64,000 nt of DNA. It comes from Chloroflexota bacterium (lineage in GTDB: Bacteria > Chloroflexota > Chloroflexia > Chloroflexales > Roseiflexaceae). Below the pieces are notes generated by a model, which saw nothing but the letters and a program-made list of their open reading frames with translations, had not been told where the DNA came from and did no database searches. Location of the stretch: assembly GCA_041165505.1 (NCBI GenBank), contig JBEANH010000001.1, positions 12,021-76,020 on the forward strand, in the 5' to 3' direction. The translations under genes and the position numbers were made by a program. The first letter of the stretch is position 1. Each line of letters starts with the position of its first letter. Shown piece by piece: positions 56,073 to 64,000 of the stretch.

Positions 56073-57122
56073 GTGAGTCTTGTTGACGACGTGCGTGTCC
56101 GCGAAATGGGAGCTATGCCATCCCCACGGGAATTAAAACAGAAATACCCGCTCACGGCGCAGATGATGACCACCGTCTACGAATCACGCCAGTTGATTCG
56201 GCGCATTATCACTGGGAGTGATCCGCGCTTGCTGGTGGTGGTTGGGCCGTGTTCAGTACACGATATTGCCGAAGCCCACGACTATGCACGCCGTTTGGCC
56301 GATGTGTCAGCGCGTATGCGTGATCGCATGCTCATCGTGATGCGCGTGTATCTTGAAAAACCACGCACCACGGTCGGTTGGCGTGGTCTCATCAACGATC
56401 CACATCTCGATGGCTCCTTTGATATGGGTGCCGGTCTAGAAATTGCCCGTCAACTCTTGTGTGATATTACTGCACTCGGGCTTCCTACCGCCACGGAAAT
56501 GCTTGACCCAATTAGTGCGCAATACACGTCCGATCTCGTGGTGCTGGCAGCGATCGGTGCCCGTACCACCGAATCGCAGATGCACCGCGCGCTGGCAAGT
56601 GGTCTGTCGATGCCGGTTGGCTTTAAAAACGGCACGGACGGTTCCATTGATGTGGCCGTGCACGCCTGTATTTCGGCGGCTGCGCCGCACAGCTTTTTGG
56701 GCATCAGCCAAGATGGTCAAGGTGCCGTAGTCAAGACCACCGGTAATCCAGATGGCTTTGTGATTCTGCGTGGAAGCCGGCAAGGCCCGAATTTCGATGA
56801 TGCTAGTGTACGCAAGAGCATTGATTTAATGAATGCGGCCAAAATAGCGCCGGCAGTCATGATCGACTGTAGCCACGCTAATTCGGGCTCCGATTTTCGT
56901 CGTCAACGGTCTGTCTGGCAGGCCGGTTTGGCACTCCGGGCACGTGGGATGCGCGAAGTCATCGGTATGATGGTTGAAAGTAATTTGGTGGAAGGGAAAC
57001 AGGCGATTTCCAACGACCGCGCACAGCTACAGTACGGAGTCTCTGTTACCGATGCGTGTGTGGGCTGGGATGAAACTGTGGCCATGTTAGAGGAGGTCTA
57101 TCACGATGTACAACCTACCTGA
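56073..57122 (+). CDS. 3-deoxy-7-phosphoheptulonate (DAHP) synthase, class I (AroG/F/H type)
   Basis: 349 aa with a GTG start and a GAGGTG RBS. Has the signature KPRTTVGWRGLINDPH and GPCSVHD. Confidence 0.85.
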   Translation: MSLVDDVRVREMGAMPSPRELKQKYPLTAQMMTTVYESRQLIRRIITGSDPRLLVVVGPCSVHDIAEAHDYARRLADVSARMRDRMLIVMRVYLEKPRTTVGWRGLINDPHLDGSFDMGAGLEIARQLLCDITALGLPTATEMLDPISAQYTSDLVVLAAIGARTTESQMHRALASGLSMPVGFKNGTDGSIDVAVHACISAAAPHSFLGISQDGQGAVVKTTGNPDGFVILRGSRQGPNFDDASVRKSIDLMNAAKIAPAVMIDCSHANSGSDFRRQRSVWQAGLALRARGMREVIGMMVESNLVEGKQAISNDRAQLQYGVSVTDACVGWDETVAMLEEVYHDVQPT

Positions 57123-58389
57123 TGTGCATGCAGGCAGAACCGCCGCCGTCCAGGCTGACGCCCATGACCCACTAGCCCGCTATCGCAATCAATTCGTGAT
57201 AAGTGATGATCGCATCGTCTACTTTGACGGCAACTCGCTCGGGCGTATGCCCATCCAGACAGCTGCGCATTTGCACCACGTCATTCACCAGGAATGGGGT
57301 GATGGGCTGATTCGTGGCTGGGGACGCGGCTGGTACGAGGCGCCTGCACGCGTGGGTGACAAAATTGGTCAGCTTATTGGTGCCGCACCAGGGCAAGTCA
57401 TTGCCTGTGATTCTACGTCAGTGAATCTGTATAAAGTGCTCATGGCTGCACTCGGTGCCCGCGCAGACCGTCGTGAGATTGTCAGCGATGCCTTGAACTT
57501 TCCTTCCGATTTGTACATCATTCAAGGGGCAATCGCGCAATATGGTCACCGACATGTGCTGAAACTGGTGACGTCCACAGACAATGAAATCACGGTGACG
57601 CCCGATGATCTCTATGCGCTGATTACGCCCAATACGGCGGTCGTCGTCTTGTCGCATGTGACGTTTAAAAGTGGGTTCATCTACGACATGCAGGCGATTA
57701 CCGCGCGTGCACATGCCGTCGGTGCACTCGTCATTTGGGATTTGAGCCATTCTGCTGGGGCAGTTCCCATGCAGCTCGATGCGTGGCAGGTGGATTTTGC
57801 CGTTGGGTGTTGCTACAAGTTTCTCAATGGGGGACCAGGTGCCCCCGCGTTTCTCTATGTGAATGCGGCCATTCAGCATCAGGTGGTCTCGCCGATTTGG
57901 GGATGGTTCGGCCAAAACGCACCGTTTGCATTCGATTTGTCCTATACGCCAGCCCCTGGGTTAGCGCGCTTTTTGGCGGGTACGCCCCCCATGTTGTCCC
58001 TCTCTGCCGTAGAAGCATCCGTTGAAATGCTAGTGGCGGTGGGTATGGATGCCATTCGCGCGAAATCCGTTGCGCTTACGCGCTACATGATTGCCCTCTA
58101 CGACCACGTGTTGGCACAACATGGTTTCACTTTGGGGAGTCCGCGTGACACGGCAATGCGCGGGTCACACGTGAGCATTCGTCATCCGCACGGCTACCAG
58201 ATTAATCAATGCTTGATTGCTGAAATGCACGTGATTCCCGACTTCCGTGAGCCAGATAACTTGCGCCTCGGCTTAAGTCCCCTGACGACATCGTTTTGTG
58301 AAGTCTATGACGGCGTGATGCGTATCCACGACGTGATGGTCTCTCAGCGCTATCAACAGTATGATACCGCACGTAAAGCGGTCACTTAA
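57106..58389 (+). CDS. kynU: Kynureninase
   Basis: 427 aa with FDGNSLGRMP and the PLP-lysine context CCYKFLNGGPG. Shows a 17-nt overlap with the DAHP synthase gene. GAGGAGG RBS. Confidence 0.85.
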   Translation: MYNLPDVHAGRTAAVQADAHDPLARYRNQFVISDDRIVYFDGNSLGRMPIQTAAHLHHVIHQEWGDGLIRGWGRGWYEAPARVGDKIGQLIGAAPGQVIACDSTSVNLYKVLMAALGARADRREIVSDALNFPSDLYIIQGAIAQYGHRHVLKLVTSTDNEITVTPDDLYALITPNTAVVVLSHVTFKSGFIYDMQAITARAHAVGALVIWDLSHSAGAVPMQLDAWQVDFAVGCCYKFLNGGPGAPAFLYVNAAIQHQVVSPIWGWFGQNAPFAFDLSYTPAPGLARFLAGTPPMLSLSAVEASVEMLVAVGMDAIRAKSVALTRYMIALYDHVLAQHGFTLGSPRDTAMRGSHVSIRHPHGYQINQCLIAEMHVIPDFREPDNLRLGLSPLTTSFCEVYDGVMRIHDVMVSQRYQQYDTARKAVT

Positions 58390-58392
58390 GCA

Positions 58393-59478
58393 CTAGCGCT
58401 TTTGCACGACGCAAATTTGCGCTCTACGTCCGAGCACCACCACCTGATACTGCTGTGCCATGTACATGCCACTCGTGCGTTCGAGTGCGCGTGTCATGGC
58501 ACGCATGTCACTTGTCAGAAAAACAGCACGTGCGCCAATCTGCATCACCCGTCGTAGTTCTTTCATTACTGCCGGGTAGAGACGCCGGTTTTCTTCGGCA
58601 CTACTAATCTGGACACCAAAGGGTAAATTACAGGTCACTGCGTGTATGCTGGCGTCGTCGAGCGGCAGATTGCGCGCATCCCATTGCGTCACTTCAATTG
58701 GTTTGTAGCGGGTACCGATATTCGCTTTGGCCTGAGCAACTGCCTCTGCGCTGAGATCGCCTCCGTGCAGGTGCGTGTAGCGACTATGCAGGGCCCGCTC
58801 AATGAGTGTGGTGCCTGCTCCACACATTGGGTCGAGAAAAACGTCGTGGGCCTTCGGTTTGGTCAACAAGACGAGTGCGGCTGCAGCGGTGGGGCGTAGT
58901 GATGCCGCAATATGATTAATTTTGTAGCTCCGGTGGCGCATCTGCTCATCACTCACACGCAAAGCCACAAACGCATCGCCGTCAATCTGTGTTACCCAGA
59001 ACTCTAGTCCGTCATCGGCTTCGCGCCAGCGGAAGTCGGTGCGTTGCCCAATCGCTTTCGCCACCGTTTCCTGTAAATCAATGCGCCGATACGGCATTTC
59101 GCCTTGCTGACGCGCAATCACACGAAAGCGCAACTTGCCTTCGCCACCCCGTTTGGGTGCGTAGTTGCGGACGGTGCGCGTCGCACTGCCAATCACTGGT
59201 GTGCCGAGGATGCGGTCACGGATGCTCTTGAGTGCCTGATATTTGGGTGGTAACTGGGTAAAGTGGTGAATAAGAATGAAGACATCATCCACGGTCCGGA
59301 GCGCAAGTAAATCACTCAAATCACCGTCGTAGGTCACCATGGTCATCCCGTTGCGACCAGCGTGGGTGATATGGTCACTAATTGTTGCGGTGCCAGGGAG
59401 TGACTGCAACTCTTCCTTGACTACGACGTCAAATCCGGGCAGAGTATGCAGAATATATGCGGTGCCCTGTTGTTTCAT
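58393..59478 (-). CDS. THUMP-domain class I SAM-dependent RNA methyltransferase (UPF0020 type)
   Basis: The N-terminal region is THUMP-like. SAM motif DPMCGAGT and catalytic NLPFG are present. I chose the ATG at 59478. Confidence 0.75.
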   Translation of the reverse strand: MKQQGTAYILHTLPGFDVVVKEELQSLPGTATISDHITHAGRNGMTMVTYDGDLSDLLALRTVDDVFILIHHFTQLPPKYQALKSIRDRILGTPVIGSATRTVRNYAPKRGGEGKLRFRVIARQQGEMPYRRIDLQETVAKAIGQRTDFRWREADDGLEFWVTQIDGDAFVALRVSDEQMRHRSYKINHIAASLRPTAAAALVLLTKPKAHDVFLDPMCGAGTTLIERALHSRYTHLHGGDLSAEAVAQAKANIGTRYKPIEVTQWDARNLPLDDASIHAVTCNLPFGVQISSAEENRRLYPAVMKELRRVMQIGARAVFLTSDMRAMTRALERTSGMYMAQQYQVVVLGRRAQICVVQKR

Positions 59479-59497
59479 GCCAATCCTACAGTTCTGC

Positions 59498-59532
59498 AAA
59501 AAAACGCCCAGTGACACACTGCCACTGGGCGT
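59498..59532 (-). terminator. Rho-independent terminator after the AKR gene
   Basis: On the minus strand it reads ACGCCCAGTG-(9 nt)-CACTGGGCGT followed by T7. Confidence 0.8.
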
Positions 59533-59539
59533 ACACGGA

Positions 59540-60502
59540 TTATTCGGCTGGTTGCAAAATTTGCGCTATGCGCTGCATGACATCATCGCTCAACAATGCA
59601 ACGACGTCGAGTGCGGCCATGTTTTCGTGTACCTGCGATGCTTTGCTTGCACCCGTAATCACGCTACTCACATGCTGGTTTTTGAGACACCAGGCAAGTG
59701 CCATCTGTGCCAGAGAACAGCCGAGATCAGCGGCGACCGCAGCGAGTTGTACGACCATTGCCGCTTTATGCCGGTCGGTGAGACTTTTTTGGAGCCATTC
59801 GTACCCGCTCACGGCTCCACGACTGTCGGTGGGAATCCCGTCTCGGTATTTCCCTGTCAACAGTCCAGACGCAAGTGGACTCCAAATGGTGGTGCCAAGC
59901 CCGATATCCCGGTACAGCAGTGCGTATTCTTTTTCCACGCGGTCACGATGGAACATGTTGTACTGTGGTTGCTCCATGCTGGGTGGCGTGAGGTGATATT
60001 CACGGGCAATACCGTAGGCGGCGCGGATTTCATCGGCCGACCATTCAGACGTGCCCCAATAAAAGGCTTTGCCTTGTTTAATTACAATGTCCATGGCGCG
60101 CACGGTTTCTTCGATGGGAGTGTTGGCATCGGGACGATGGCAGTACACCAAATCGACATAGTCCATCTGCAAGCGTTTGAGGGCATTGTGTACGCCTTCG
60201 ATGACGTGTTTATGCGACAAACCGGTATCATTTGGACCCTTGCCACCCCAGAATATTTTCGTCGAGACGACTAAATCTTCACGGCGCCAGCCAGCCTTTT
60301 TTATCACGTTGCCCATTACGATTTCGGCCTGACCACCCGCATACCCCTCGGCGTTATCGAAAAAGTTGACCCCGTGCTCGACGGCAGCAGTCATACAGGC
60401 CTGGGCAACTTCTTCACCAACTTGCCCCCCGTAGGTGACCCATGCGCCAAGTGACAATGCGCTGACTTTGAGTCCTGCGCGTCCGAGTCGTCGGTATTCC
60501 AT
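59540..60502 (-). CDS. Aldo/keto reductase, Kv-beta-subunit-like
   Basis: Begins [25 protein letters not shown] and has the AKR catalytic pattern. I chose the ATG at 60502, which lies 7 nt from a GAGGAG. Confidence 0.8.
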   Translation of the reverse strand: MEYRRLGRAGLKVSALSLGAWVTYGGQVGEEVAQACMTAAVEHGVNFFDNAEGYAGGQAEIVMGNVIKKAGWRREDLVVSTKIFWGGKGPNDTGLSHKHVIEGVHNALKRLQMDYVDLVYCHRPDANTPIEETVRAMDIVIKQGKAFYWGTSEWSADEIRAAYGIAREYHLTPPSMEQPQYNMFHRDRVEKEYALLYRDIGLGTTIWSPLASGLLTGKYRDGIPTDSRGAVSGYEWLQKSLTDRHKAAMVVQLAAVAADLGCSLAQMALAWCLKNQHVSSVITGASKASQVHENMAALDVVALLSDDVMQRIAQILQPAE

Positions 60503-60548
60503 GAACATGCTCCTCTTTATACTCGTGTCATTGTACCATTACTGCGGG

Positions 60549-61778
60549 TTACGTGGCGGACTGGTCGTGCGTGTCACCCCGAATTGGATAGACATAAAAC
60601 AACATTGCACCACCAAAACGAAGCACCCCAAGTACAATCACCACAACCTGGGCGCCAAACCAATCAATCATCGGTGCCACGGCAAGGCTGCTTACCAGCA
60701 AACCGGCATTCATCACTGTCACAAAAAGTCCCATTGCAAGGGCACGTCGTTGTGGCGAACAGACTTGGAGCAAAATGTTGAAATGACTGATGTCAATCCC
60801 CGGGTTGATCATGCCAATGAGCAACGAAAAGACCAAAATCGCCGTCAGGTTGGGAACGAGTCCAATGGCAAAAAAGTAGAGACAACTACACAGGGCAGCG
60901 ATGGTGAGAATACGCCGAAAACCGTAGCGTTCCATCAATTTGGGCCAGAATAAGTTGCCTAAAATCGCTCCTCCATTGGTGATTGCAAACCAAATCCCCA
61001 ACCAGGCGTCGTCGGCACCGAGGGTGCGTACGAAATAGATCGGCTGGAACGGAATTGCGGCCCACGCAGCCAAATTGAATATGAGTGTGTTTATCGTGAT
61101 GGCACGGTAGGGTTGACTTTCACGGAGGAGCGACCAGATTCCACGCCATGACCGATCGACAGATGCACTGGTATCAATGTCGGTATCTGGGATGTCCATT
61201 TGCATGACATAATATGTAGATGCCATACTCGTGATAATCGCAATGCCAAACAAGAGCTGATAGTTGAAATATCCGGTATCGGTGTGCAGATAATCAAGCA
61301 GATACCCAAATGCGTAGGTGAAGACCATCATTGTGGCACCTAATGTCACGTTACGCAACGAAAAAAGGCGAGCCCGCCGATGAATCGGAATAATATCTGC
61401 AAACATTGGCAGCCAACCAGCATTAAAGAGCGCCACTGGCACATTGGCCACCAACAATATTATGACCACTGCTTCGGCACGATATGCTGGTAACCACGGA
61501 ACAAACAATAGCAGTGCATTGAGCATCCGGAAGGCAAACAAACTGGCAAACATCCACGGTTTGCGTTTCGATGTTCGTTCCATCAAAGCGGCAAATGGAA
61601 TCGTAGTGACGGCGTTGACCACGGCTGCCGCCGATGTAATCAGACTGACAATGAAGTTGGAGCCACCGAGCCGAATCACAAAGGCCGCTGCGAACGAGTA
61701 GGCGGCAGCCGCAATTGCTGCCCAAAAGAGCTCGATGACGAGGAGACGTATGTTGCGGTCAACGGCACTTTGTTGCAT
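60549..61778 (-). CDS. MFS transporter
   Basis: About 12 TM helices. I chose the ATG at 61778, which has a GAGGAG RBS. Lies divergent to the TetR gene. Confidence 0.8.
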   Translation of the reverse strand: MQQSAVDRNIRLLVIELFWAAIAAAAYSFAAAFVIRLGGSNFIVSLITSAAAVVNAVTTIPFAALMERTSKRKPWMFASLFAFRMLNALLLFVPWLPAYRAEAVVIILLVANVPVALFNAGWLPMFADIIPIHRRARLFSLRNVTLGATMMVFTYAFGYLLDYLHTDTGYFNYQLLFGIAIITSMASTYYVMQMDIPDTDIDTSASVDRSWRGIWSLLRESQPYRAITINTLIFNLAAWAAIPFQPIYFVRTLGADDAWLGIWFAITNGGAILGNLFWPKLMERYGFRRILTIAALCSCLYFFAIGLVPNLTAILVFSLLIGMINPGIDISHFNILLQVCSPQRRALAMGLFVTVMNAGLLVSSLAVAPMIDWFGAQVVVIVLGVLRFGGAMLFYVYPIRGDTHDQSAT

Positions 61779-61856
61779 TTCGGCTCCTCTGCATTCTTCC
61801 CTTCTATCATACTGCATCTTCATACGCCGTGATTCGCAGAGTACGGTATACTAGAG

Positions 61857-61872
61857 ATGACTTGTCAGTCAT
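61857..61872. promoter_or_regulatory. Inverted repeat ATGACT-N4-AGTCAT (candidate TetR operator)
   Basis: The 6-bp arms are perfect and abut the TetR start codon. A TATACT box lies at 61847-61852. Confidence 0.4.
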
Positions 61873-62496
61873 ATGGAAGATGCTATGCCAACCGATACCT
61901 GGTGGAATCTTGATCAACACAAGCGTGATGAGATCCTCGCTGTAGCGCTGACGGAATTTGCAGCCCATCATTACGATGATGCGTCAATATCCGCACTCGT
62001 CAAGCGGGTGGGTATTGCCAAAGGGAGCATCTACCAATATTTTGGCGACAAACAGGATCTCTACAATTACCTGCTCCATTATGCCCACGACACCATGCAC
62101 CGTACCGTGGTGGCATTGATGCCCCAATACCTCTCTCCCCAGGCTGACATGTTTGCCATTGTCCGAGCATATTTGCATGCAGTGGTCCATGTGTCTGCCC
62201 TTCATCGCCCACTCGCCCAGCTCATTGACCGTTCATTAAGCGAAGCAACCGATCGAACGCATATCGCACATGTGCTCTACGATCGGTTTGTTACGGCCTA
62301 TGCCACTGAGCTTGTCGAAAGCGCCGTGCAAGATCGCTCCGTCCGCCATGATATTGCCCCATCAGCTATCGTCTTACTCGTCTTGCATGTGATGCGTGGC
62401 GTGCTGACGCATTCGGCACAGCGTGACGATGACCCGATGATTGATGACCTCATTGTGCTCCTTGACCAGGGTCTTCGCTATCGGATACGTCAGTAG
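61873..62496 (+). CDS. TetR/AcrR-family transcriptional regulator
   Basis: 207 aa with an N-terminal HTH (ASISALVKRVGIAKGSIYQYF). An alternative ATG lies at 61885. Confidence 0.8.
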   Translation: MEDAMPTDTWWNLDQHKRDEILAVALTEFAAHHYDDASISALVKRVGIAKGSIYQYFGDKQDLYNYLLHYAHDTMHRTVVALMPQYLSPQADMFAIVRAYLHAVVHVSALHRPLAQLIDRSLSEATDRTHIAHVLYDRFVTAYATELVESAVQDRSVRHDIAPSAIVLLVLHVMRGVLTHSAQRDDDPMIDDLIVLLDQGLRYRIRQ

Positions 62497-62503
62497 GAAG
62501 CTT

Positions 62504-63148
62504 ATGCCAAATACGCCAACCCACGATTTTCTTACCGTGGCAAGCAGTGTGGTGATGACACCCGCGTTGTTTTCGATGATGCGGGTGTCTGAGGTGGCAC
62601 AACCGTCTGCGGTGATTGTGGCGAGCGTTGTATGCGTGGCACACAACGTCTCCGGCTTACTTTTTTCCCCCGATCTCGATCTTGATTCACGTATTCATCA
62701 GCGGTGGGGTATTTTGCTCTTCATCTGGAAGCCATATAAATGGGTGATTCCGCATCGGCATTTCTGGAGTCACGGATTAGTGTTGCCCCCTATCCTGCGC
62801 TTAGTCTACTTCTTTATGATGATGCTAGGTTTTCTGTTTGTCATCGAGTCAATAGTGCGCTATGCCGGTTTGCCACTTCCCACATGGCACGCCACCATTG
62901 CCAAACAGTGTATGGACTGGTTTGTGGCCCACCCCATTATCACACTCAGCATGGTCGTTGGGTTTATTACCGGTGGAGCCGTTCATTCCATTGCGGATTG
63001 GATCGTGTCAGGTGGAAAAAAGTTACTCCGTGTCCTCTTTTCGCCGCGTACACGTCCTGCCTATGCCCGCAAGAGTAATCCATGGAGTGGCGTTCATACG
63101 CGCTGGCTTATTGATCCCTTTAGCGATGATCACCCGCGTCACTACTAA
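62504..63148 (+). CDS. DUF2227-like putative metal-binding membrane protein
   Basis: I recall the pattern SPDLDLDSRIHQRWG...WKPY...PHRHFWSH from COG2389-type proteins. Has an AGGAAG RBS and several hydrophobic helices. Confidence 0.45.
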   Translation: MPNTPTHDFLTVASSVVMTPALFSMMRVSEVAQPSAVIVASVVCVAHNVSGLLFSPDLDLDSRIHQRWGILLFIWKPYKWVIPHRHFWSHGLVLPPILRLVYFFMMMLGFLFVIESIVRYAGLPLPTWHATIAKQCMDWFVAHPIITLSMVVGFITGGAVHSIADWIVSGGKKLLRVLFSPRTRPAYARKSNPWSGVHTRWLIDPFSDDHPRHY

Positions 63149-63150
63149 AG

Positions 63151-63184
63151 AGCCCACCCCACGCGTATATGCGTGGGGTGGGCT
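63151..63184. terminator. Bidirectional hairpin between convergent genes
   Basis: Perfect 14-bp stem (AGCCCACCCCACGC / GCGTGGGGTGGGCT) with a 6-nt loop and no U-tract. Confidence 0.55.
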
Positions 63185-63203
63185 GCACTGGCGCGATACC
63201 CTG

Positions 63204-63986
63204 CTACATGTCTAAGGAAATCGCATAGATATGGCTGATATCGTGGATGGCGTGTTGCATTGCGAAGCCGAACTGCGTATTGATGTGAAGCATGCTCTTG
63301 TTACGTGACTCTACCCAGGTGCGTACTTCCCGCATGCCGAGCTGTGCAGCAATTTCAAGCGATGCGTATTTGACGTGTTGGGCAATCCCTTGACCACGAT
63401 ATGCGGGGAGAACGCCGGTTGCGTGTTGCCATGCGACCGGTTCGTCGTCTTCAACATACAGAATAGATTCGGCCACATATTCGTCATCAATCATGGCAAT
63501 GACATAATGTTCAGGTCGCAAATATTCACCAACCATGCGGCGAAATTTGGTCATCGTCACAATTGGCTCATCGGGAAGTGGGACGTCAAGCGAAATAGCC
63601 GCATGTAAGGTGCATGCACGTTCAAGCGCATCGGCATCATGGTGCATGCGTTCTGCAAGCGTGTGAATGCTGAGTGCTGCAGGGCGTGCGGGTAACTCGA
63701 TGTGTCCGAGCGGCATGGACCGTTGATACACTTGTTCAGTACCAATATGCTGCACCGTACGGTCAATGGGTAACGTGCTGATGTCACCAGGATGGGCCAT
63801 GGTTTGGAGCGTCCGCGCCCCAGCACTCTTCGCCCAGCGCATGACTTCGCTCCAGAGTGCATGTGTGGCTTGCGGTGATGCATGAGGAAGCATTCTGACA
63901 TGCACCCATAATGTATAGTCAGGGACTCTCCATGTTGGACGGAAGCAGAGTGCAATGCCTTCCGGTGCATGCAAATCGCCCACCAC
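63204..63986 (-). CDS. GNAT-family N-acetyltransferase (possibly 5'-incomplete in this window)
   Basis: The C-terminal GNAT motif is VLPAYRGQGIAQHV. The N-terminal half resembles a second, degenerate GNAT domain. The true start may lie beyond position 64000. Confidence 0.6.
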   Translation of the reverse strand: MVGDLHAPEGIALCFRPTWRVPDYTLWVHVRMLPHASPQATHALWSEVMRWAKSAGARTLQTMAHPGDISTLPIDRTVQHIGTEQVYQRSMPLGHIELPARPAALSIHTLAERMHHDADALERACTLHAAISLDVPLPDEPIVTMTKFRRMVGEYLRPEHYVIAMIDDEYVAESILYVEDDEPVAWQHATGVLPAYRGQGIAQHVKYASLEIAAQLGMREVRTWVESRNKSMLHINTQFGFAMQHAIHDISHIYAISLDM

Positions 63987-64000
63987 CCAGCGGCGGAGGG

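Noticed and set aside
59339-60274. A 311-aa plus-strand ORF, plus the 179-aa ORF at 59457-59996.
   Set aside because: Both are antisense to the THUMP methylase and Kv-beta AKR genes and run across a clear terminator. Their composition is not protein-like.
1-64000. CRISPR arrays, tRNA/rRNA genes, transposases, integrases, phage genes, toxin-antitoxin pairs or recognisable anti-phage defence modules.
   Set aside because: There is no non-coding stretch longer than about 320 nt and no spaced direct repeats. No ORF showed recombinase, transposase, nuclease-NTPase defence-type or TA-like features in my reading.

Overview
This is a dense, almost fully coding 64-kb chromosomal window with about 57 protein genes. 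I saw no rRNA, tRNA, CRISPR array, transposase, integrase or prophage signature. Genes sit in tight operons, many with ATGA/GTGA/TAATG stop-start overlaps, separated by short intergenic regions carrying sigma70-like promoters (TTGACA-17/18-TATACT type) and GC-rich hairpin terminators. The protein repertoire and frequent apparent leaderless starts suggest a Chloroflexota-like soil bacterium, but this is only an impression and cannot be verified here.

Gene content from left to right:
- an amidohydrolase/amidase/MBL/2-hydroxyacid-DH/BadF-kinase/lipoprotein operon
- an HTH-TM-M23 protein, then serA and clpC
- PhyH dioxygenase, a transglutaminase-like protein and a YghZ-like aldo-keto reductase (AKR)
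- a mutarotase-like protein plus a GHMP kinase pair, and two MFS transporters
- a methyltransferase/GT1/heterodimeric ABC exporter/ROK kinase/class-V aminotransferase cluster
- an aspartate-family operon: thrC-lysC-GNAT-asd-HAD-like-CoA-binding
- an exonuclease-DinG helicase
- a C39-like peptidase plus a second heterodimeric ABC exporter
- a cobalamin riboswitch controlling btuFCD-like genes, then SdpI-like and formamidase genes
- a soluble PRC/MgtE-N/CBS protein plus an atypical NRAMP
- ferredoxin, MFS and MmpS-like genes
- a PadR/two ARO8-type aminotransferases/MFS/DAHP synthase/kynureninase operon
- a THUMP methylase, a Kv-beta-type AKR, a TetR/MFS pair, a DUF2227-like protein and a GNAT

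Most notable findings:
1. A 35-codon leader ORF with 11 Thr codons, apparently leaderless, sits directly upstream of a strong terminator and thrC. This looks like ribosome-mediated attenuation.
2. An NRAMP lacks the canonical DPGN/MPH metal ligands and is paired with a transmembrane-less MgtE cytoplasmic sensor module.
3. A kynureninase/DAHP-synthase/ARO8x2/MFS operon has no assigned pathway.
4. A RodZ-like HTH-TM protein carries an M23 domain on its outer side.
5. MmpS-like/MFS and standalone C39-like peptidase/ABC pairings are unusual.

All functional calls come from motif recognition by eye. No database search was possible.
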